64,000 nt of DNA from positions 18,290,001 through 18,354,000 of the forward strand of contig CM022670.1 of assembly GCA_012295275.1 (NCBI GenBank), read 5' to 3'. Within the stretch, counting starts at the first letter, position 1. Each line of letters starts with the position of its first letter. Below the pieces are notes generated by a model. It ran no database searches. It worked only from the letters and a program-made list of their open reading frames with translations, and was not told the DNA's origin. Shown in pieces: positions 55,912 through 64,000 of this stretch. The translations under genes and the position numbers were made by a program. The stretch comes from Chrysomallon squamiferum (lineage: Eukaryota; Animalia; Mollusca).

Positions 55912-57555
55912 AACAAGTAAAAGTTAAAACAAGATGAGAAAAACAAAGTTGATTTTATTGATTCTTTTATAAAGAGCTCCTTCCGTTCGTGTTAAACATT
56001 TGTGCATAATGTTCGTTAGATCTTTTTACATTCCTAATTTCCTACCTTTCTTCGTGTTTCGTTATTGTTACACTGGGTTTGTGTGGTGCGTCTTTAATTG
56101 GTCGCATGAAAACTGAGCATAATAATGTTTTCAAACCAGATTTATGTCCACAAAAACGGACCTCCGGCTGGGACAAGCAAGCCAAGGTCGATTTTTATGT
56201 CAGAATGATTTTCGTTAATGAACAACCCATTTCTGATTATATTTATTCCACTTCTTTGAACGTACGTGGGTGTCCACTTCTGAGGACGCCCACCGTTTGA
56301 AAGCATTTGTTCCAGATCGTTTTAATAATTCTTCAGCTTTACGTTTAAACAATTAAATACAAATATGACTAAACGGAGGGGGAAGTGATACATTCATATT
56401 TTAGAGATGAAATAATTTCAGAAATGTAATGACCCTTTTGAGAGGGCCTTTTTACGAGAGAGCGGAAAGAGAGATATGAATTAAATAATAAAGGAATAAA
56501 CGTTTTGCGCTATCTTGTATACAGATATTTAAGCAACAAGGAATATTTTCCACAAACATGAAAATACAAATCTACGTCCTGAGATAAAGTAAATGTCTGG
56601 CTCTGGCTGTAACAGGAAATAGTCCACTGAATTTTCGAATTTGCGCTCTAGGTAAACTTTATTTAGATTTTTTTTTTTTTTTTTTTTTTTATGAGAGAGA
56701 GAGAGAAAGAGAAGGTTGTTATTAATATTATTTCTTTGCTGAGCTTTTTGTGGTTTTTTTTAAAGTGAGATTTAATGTTATGTTTAGGTTGGAATAAGTT
56801 ATCCAGTGATTGTCTTCCATTCTTTTTGTCGTTAAATTCTAAATCTCTCTAGTAAAATCCTTTTGAAATTATCCCAATAAGTAATCAAATGAACTAAATG
56901 ACATTTTGAAACACCTTTATTTTCAAGTCAGCGAGTTAATACCCATATATAAATAGATGTATTGAGAAATCATATCCACAATATATTAATAACATAAAAT
57001 ATTACTGTAAAAAATTAATTAACAAACACAGAAAAAAGCCTTAATACATATGAAATGGACATATAAAATATGGACATATAAAATACTTAATACCCATGAA
57101 ATATTAACAATGATATTTAAGTTGTTATATAGAAATATTTATTTGGGTTAGTGATGTCAAAGAAAAGCGATCTTTTACGTAAATTCACTTCGTTTTATAA
57201 TGTTGAAACTGGGTTTTCGACTGAAACCGCAGAATTATAACATAAATGTATGGTAGGATGATTCCGATTGTCACTTCCGATAAAAACCAAGTAAATAAAA
57301 ACCGCAGGTGTTGTGGTGTGTTTCAATAAACTTTAAAGTCAAAGAAGTTTTATTATTTTTACAACCTTGTCATCTTGTCGACGTCATTTTATGAATGGGA
57401 TGCGACACGTATGTACTCAGTAGGTGGGGTGCGTGTGTGAGACGGAGGAGTTAAACACACAAAAGCTAGGTTTCAGTGTAGTTACGACATCGCACGTGGC
57501 TCGTTCGACGTGGGTCTACACCGTTTACTAAGAAGTTAAATTTTGTGAATGAAAA

Positions 57556-57624
<69 letters not shown>

Positions 57625-60446
57625 TCAGTGTTTAGTATGTGCGGTGAATGTTTATTTTCATTACCGTTAAAACATGTGACGGGAAATTCCGATGGAGCGT
57701 AAATTATGATCATGCAGAAATCCTCAACAAAACAAGCGGAAAGAAGAATGTTCTGTTGTAAGAGCAGCCAGTCGAGTGGAAGAAATCTGGGTGGGTGTTG
57801 AGCGCCCATGTCATTACAGTGCGGTTTCGACAAAGTTTACGTGTGCTTTTAAAAAAAAATAAGGGCAGATCCGCATATGCAACCTTGTGAACTAATGTTA
57901 CTTGTAATGCATTCATTCATTTTATTTTAATGTCATATACATACATCTTGTCAAATTTAAATGTTATTTTTCCTTAAAGGTAATATGAAAATCTGTATTT
58001 AACTAAAATATTTCTATATTCACGGGTATATCGCAAATCTTACAAGTAATATTTTGATAATAACATGTTAAAACATGCATTTCATTCCTTCAGTTCCGAT
58101 GAAAACGAAAGACGTTATTAACGCAGTGCCTTTATAATGTTGTAATATTATGTTCATTCAGTACATCATGAAAAATAATAAATATAGTTAAAACTAATAA
58201 AGAAATAAAGAAGGAAAAAAATGTATCATGGATCCTCCCTTGATAATTAAATGCAGTCACAGTGGATACTTCTGATAAGGCTCAACACACCTACATCTGT
58301 ACGTGATCTACAATATAAGTAAATACATTGTAGTTCTCAGTTGTCGTCTGCTGTCAGCCATTATTCGTATGCTTGCATGGCGGGAGATCTGTCTTCGTGC
58401 ATGCTAATTTCGGACTAGGGACACCCCACATTGGATGTCACATTTTGACCAAATAACAAATATTTTTGTATCTTAAAATACGAATTAATACGACTGAGAA
58501 GTCTCATTGTACGTACGAAATATTAGAAGGTTTTTCCGGACATGTGTAATAATGAATTATGACCCCCACTGATAAACTGTTTGTTGATTTTGAGATTGCT
58601 GCTTTGTGTCAAGCCATACTGAATTAAAAATTTTGTATACCTTGATAAACGAAACTGCAAATGTCATCCCCATATCCATTCTTATTCACGAACGATGGAG
58701 TTAACGTTTTCGCTAATGTAATTTCGTTTTCGACTTATTTTAGAAACATTTATTTATCACTATAGTCCATCACATAAACTTCAATATAATTATAGGTAAG
58801 TTCATATCAGGAGTATAACCAATATCATGATATAAGCCGTTTATAATATGGTGTTGTTATTATTATTTTAAAAAACAAATATATAAAGTTAGCGGACAAA
58901 AACAGACAAGTTACTATTATAGGCAGAAATACGAAATTCATTGTTTACTTTTTCTTTCTTTTTTATTATTATTAATATATATATATTTTTTTTTTTTTTA
59001 AATAACAGCCATTTATCAGATATCGATTTAAACAAATAATAACAGTAAGAATGACTTGACAAATCATGCATATGCATATACATATGCCAACAGTTACTGT
59101 CACAGGAGGTTGTTTTTTTTTTGTTTTTTTTTAGTTCCTTTATTTCTTCTTATTATTTATGTATCTATTTATTTGTCTTAATTATTATTATATTTTTATT
59201 ATTATTAAAAACCGGTCATATTTATTAAAATGTGCTACAAAATTAATGAAAATAACTGGATCAGAAAATGCACATATAAAAAAAAAAAAAATCTACAACA
59301 TACATATACAAATGTAACTAAATTAAACACTTCTTTTTTTAACTGCTAATGTTAAAAAGAAATGTAAGGAATTAATTTTTTTATACGCTTTTAGTATAAA
59401 TATTTAAAAATGGCGACAGTATTCATAAACAAAAACTGATAAACTGCTTTGTGAAATTTTTGCAGTAAAAATGTATTTTATTCAATTAAAAGGAAATCTA
59501 TTTTCAATTCAAATGTTTTTTTTTTTTTTTATTGTTATTATTATTTATATTTTTATTTATTTATTTACTTATTTACTTATTAGCTCACTTACATATTTTA
59601 AATGTTATTTTGATTTGCGTTCAGACTTTAGTAAAAGAAACGAATGCTAACTCTAAAAACAGTTTATTTCCTCTTTGTTGTTGTTTTTAAATCTTGTCTA
59701 AATGTTGAGAGGAAAAGCTGTAAATAACACCATTAAACCAAATATTTATTATTACTCAATTTTAGAGGCACAAGAAGTCATCAAACGCCTGCTGTAGACA
59801 ACATCACACATTGACAGTCTTCTGATTGCTCGTAGTAAATCGCAGCCACGCTTTGAACACCAACCCAAACAGTTAAGGTTTATTTAGATGAGAAAAACTT
59901 CAAACCAAGCTATAAATTTCCAAGCATTTGCGATGGACAAATAAAACTAGTTTTTAAAGCTTGGCGCGCTCCAAGAACAGGTAAAAACAGTGTTATGATT
60001 CGTGCCATGAAGCCGTTCGTCACCTGTTAGTTACATAGTAGCACTTTCACATTTAATCACTGGTAATGAAACATGGCAAGCCATTCTGTTTTCGTAATTC
60101 GTTCGTCGACGTAGGTCTTGGGCAGACTATATGCTATATCTATCTTCGTAGCACTTTTAAAGTGATTTACACCAATTCCGTATCAGTGACTCGTCAAAAG
60201 TCAAGTATTTCTTTTTGAGATCTCCCACCAAAACTAAAGGTGTGTTTCCTTTTTCTTCTGCGCAGAAGAGTTTGTGATGCTTAAGGGGAGAGAACAACAA
60301 GAACAGGCACAAATAAAATTTAATTAAAAAAAAAAAAAAAAAAAAAAGAAGGAAAAGAAAAACAGATTAATAATTACTTTGCTATGAAAAAGATGATAAA
60401 ACTTCTATATTTCTTTTTTTTTTTTTTTTTTTTTTTTTGTCTGCTT

Positions 60447-60478
<32 letters not shown>

Positions 60479-61333
60479 TTAATATTAATATCTATTATCT
60501 GTTATTATTATTATTAACAGTAGGAGGAGGAGGAATAATAACAGTATTTAAACACCACCTCTCTCTATTATACAAATACCTTCATGTATTTGATTTATCA
60601 AAATTAATTATATTTACAAAATACCTGTTTATTATTATTGTTGTAGTTGTTGTTATTTATTTCTTTGTTTCTTCGAGCCTCGAGTTTACTACCTTACATT
60701 TACATAATAAACGAACGTTAATCTAAATAAAATGTAATAATTATTTGATATAAAATAAATGGAACAGCAACAAAGTGGGAATAAAATGTAGACTTAAGGA
60801 GAGAAAACAAAGATAAAAAGGGAAGCAGACACACTTTCTGAGTTGTAAAATAAAAAAGGTTATAGAAGTATTAAATGCCTCAGTTGTATCATTTTATCTG
60901 AACCAAGGTTCTTAGCCGTCCACATTAGTATATAAATAGACTTTGTAAAATATTTAATTTATTTCATTTAATGAACTCTTTTGTAATTGTGATATGTGTG
61001 TCTGTCTGACTGTGTGTGTGTGTGTGTGTGTGAGTGTGTGTAATATGTTTGTTAAAAGTTTATCGATTTAAAGTTATATTTTCACTCTTTATAATTCCAA
61101 ATACAGCTGAATAATCTTTTTGTCGTAAGCATTCTTTTAAAAAGTTAAAGAGTTCGAAGAAATTTGTATTAACTTTATTATTAGCAGTAGTAGTAGTAGT
61201 AGTAGCAGCAGCAGCAGCAACAGTAGTAGTACGCGAATTAACCCCAAACTGTATTCAAATATAATTCCATTTTCCATATATTTCTCGAAACTTTTATAGA
61301 CACAATAAGTCATTTAAAAAAGAAAAAAACGTT

Positions 61334-61335
<2 letters not shown>

Positions 61336-61424
<89 letters not shown>
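61336..61424. repeat. (GT)n microsatellite
   Basis: Directly visible. Confidence 0.95.
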
Positions 61425-61425
<1 letters not shown>

Positions 61426-61496
61426 TATACTGTTTGATTTGAGGGTTTTTTATTTCTTTCTATCTTGGTTTTTTTTTTTTGGTGGTGATGTTGTTT

Positions 61497-61529
<33 letters not shown>

Positions 61530-63885
61530 GGGGTTTTTTTTGTGAGTTTATTTCATTAAATCTTTCTACATTAATTTTCTGGATTTATTTTAATATTCTA
61601 TAAATACCTTTTTTCTTCTTCTTCTTTTTTTTTTCCGGCTGAAGCGATATACTTTTTTTTTTATCGTTTATCTTATAGTGACCAAATACACTCGCTATCT
61701 TTTAGTCTGCATGTCTAAAGAAGAACAGCTAAACCGATAACAAAGTTAGGAAAGTAGTTTACCGAAAATTTGAGTGAAGATGACCGAATATTTCTATCAG
61801 AATGAAGCCAATAATATAATCAGATTTCAGTCCAAGACAGCATATCAGAACATATCGAGCAGAGAATCTTTAACGAATCATGTAAAGTGTAGAGTTTTAA
61901 AGAATAACCTCTACAAAAATATGTTAAATAATAACACTAGCAACAAAAATAACAAATAAATAGTTTTATTTATTAATTTTTTTATTTTATTCTTTTTTTT
62001 TTTTTTTTTTTTTAAGCAATATGTGTTAAATGTAAAACATCCAAGTCAAACTTTTTTTTTGTAATTTATCCTACAAACTGATTAACGGCGACGAATATTA
62101 TTCACTGGTTGTTCCGGTCGGAAGGTCGACTGTCCCAGACACAGTCCTCCTCGGTTCTCCTGTTAGGAAGTTACCCATTCTTGCCAGTGTCACACGACTA
62201 GTTTATCAGTGACTGTAGTTTGAGCTTTCCTTTGCTGCATACAAAAACGAACACATATAACCGGTCTACTACTGCTAAACGAAAAAAAAAGGTAGCCGTT
62301 TACGAAGACTTCCACTCTTTATTATCTGATTTATAATATTATTTAACTAGATTATAAAGATTTAAATTAATACTTCTTCCTTTTCTTAAATGGCTGATTA
62401 AAATAAAATAAAAATTGAAAAGAATCGTTTATTACATCCTTAAAATACTGTGGTTGCATCGAGAACAGATTCTATAAGCTAATGATCTTTAAACGAGTTT
62501 TCTATTGGTGAAAAGTATGTCGATTATTAATAAACAAGGTAATTTATAAAATGGTAACTAAATGGTTTTTCCAATAAAGACACTCAACCATGTTGTCAGT
62601 ATAGATTTATTCGTTTTCTGCCCGTATTTGTAATTACATATAATCATATTTAATCTGGCGACAGATGTTCATTTCTCAGAGTTCCGGAGTTTGCCTATGA
62701 CGAGTTGATATCGTTACGTTTATGGTAGGGCAAGAGGAAATGGGATGGGGTGGGGTGGTCAAGAGAGAGATTGGCTTATTAAATTAATATCAAGATTATT
62801 TAGAACCGATGAAGTGTTTGAAAGTCAGAATAAAATTCACCTTTTGTTTTATATAATAATATCTGAATTATTTTTAAATTTTATTTTCACGCTCATAGCT
62901 ATCAGTAAAAAAATAAGTAACGATTAACGTCGAAACGGGGCGAGAAATTAAGGGAGATAAATCTTGAAGACGTAATTTATCACTGAATTTGCTGCACTTG
63001 CCTGAGTTCACCAACTTTTCATTACAGAAATTTAATGGAGGGAGGGAATAAATAAAAAATAAAAATAAAAATAATAATAATAATAAATAAATAAAAAAAC
63101 AGGACATGATAAAAATACCTTTATTTTTCCTTGATTTCATTTTAATACTGTTACATGTATATTCCATTTAGAAAGACACATATAAACTTTGCAATGATTA
63201 AACATTTTAAATATTTGCACATTGTAAATCATAAGACTGTGATGTTATGTTTTATAATTAGCAAAGTCAATATTTAACAATACTTTAAACTGTTGTAAAA
63301 ATCTAAGTTCCTTGAATGGCAGAAATACAGAAAATAATTGCAAACTAAAATTATGTAGGTAAAGTTATTTAGAAATAAATGTAATAATAATATGCTGGAA
63401 ATTTTTGTGGAACAGATTTCACCAATTATTAAATGTAAGAGGATCCCCTTTCTTCTCTTGCATCCTCCATTTCTCATTCACACCTATCACTGAAGTTTTA
63501 TTTCAACAATTAATAATAATTTTAATCCTAAATTTGTTTCTAAACCCTAACTATTATTCCTCAATGTTTTTCAGTTTGTAAGTATTTTTTTCTTTTTCAA
63601 TGCAATTTAAAATACTGTGTTAATATTATATCAATTAACATCTGAAAGCTATATGGAAAACAAATATATTATAAAATATAAATTCTAAATGTTTAACAAA
63701 TATTCTGTCAAAATTTATGAAAATATTATCAAAAATTATATAGTAACAAAATTTCAAGAATTCCAACAAATATTTTTTATATAAAATCAAAATTTGTTAC
63801 TATATTTAAAACAAATTCAGCTATATTTAAATAATATTTTTAATGTTAACTTGGACAAAATTTAAGAAAATATTTTAATGTAAAC

Positions 63886-64000
63886 TTAGGCAAATTGGAC
63901 ATTAAAAGGCATATTTGGCCACATTCGAGGCTTTTTTATGTCAATGTTTCTATCATAAGTCATTTGCAGAGCTGTTTCCATCCCATGAATCATTGCAGCA
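63886..64000 (-). CDS. Probable 3'-terminal coding exon of an unidentified gene that continues beyond the window
   Basis: Open frame from the window edge: AAMIHGMETALQMTYDRNIDIKKPRMWPNMPFNVQFA*. It has high complexity and higher GC, and is followed by an AT-rich, UTR-like stretch. No acceptor is visible in the window and the family was not recognised. Confidence 0.5.
   Translation of the reverse strand, partial: AAMIHGMETALQMTYDRNIDIKKPRMWPNMPFNVQFA

Noticed and set aside
56266-56320. GC hairpin GTGGGTGTCC/GGACGCCCAC as a Helitron end or terminator
   Set aside because: No downstream CTRR, and intrinsic terminators are irrelevant in this eukaryotic context. More likely a decayed hAT end.
62175-62235. 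Possible minus-strand non-coding exon (acceptor TTTTTGTATGCAG, donor GG|GTAACT) upstream of the ML gene
   Set aside because: Splice-like signals alone are common by chance. It cannot be supported without transcripts.

Overview
Very AT-rich, microsatellite-dense animal genomic DNA with spliceosomal GT-AG introns. The gene families suggest a mollusc or other lophotrochozoan (inference). Most ORFs in the supplied track are simple-repeat artefacts. Four genes were reconstructed by hand with phase-consistent splicing. (1) 651-15436 (+): a ~1124-aa type I membrane receptor (signal peptide, YWTD beta-propeller, EGF and Cys-rich repeats, beta-sandwich-like region, TM, short tail with YENI/NKTY), with one decayed but skippable exon. 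(2) 17025-20541 (-): a partly decayed EGF-repeat membrane protein. (3) 29263-30498 (+): an intronless, divergent nicotinic-type Cys-loop channel subunit lacking the acetylcholine-binding aromatic residues. (4) 35843-53001 (-): a 4-exon, 198-aa GM2-activator/ML-domain lipid-binding protein with basic N- and C-termini. A probable terminal exon of a fifth gene is cut by the right edge. There are also several Tigger- and hAT-type MITEs, local duplications and a minisatellite that copies a splice donor. The best 'new system' candidates are the atypical channel beside a secreted lipid carrier (a possible contact-chemosensation module) and the receptor pair decaying exon by exon. Both are hypotheses.
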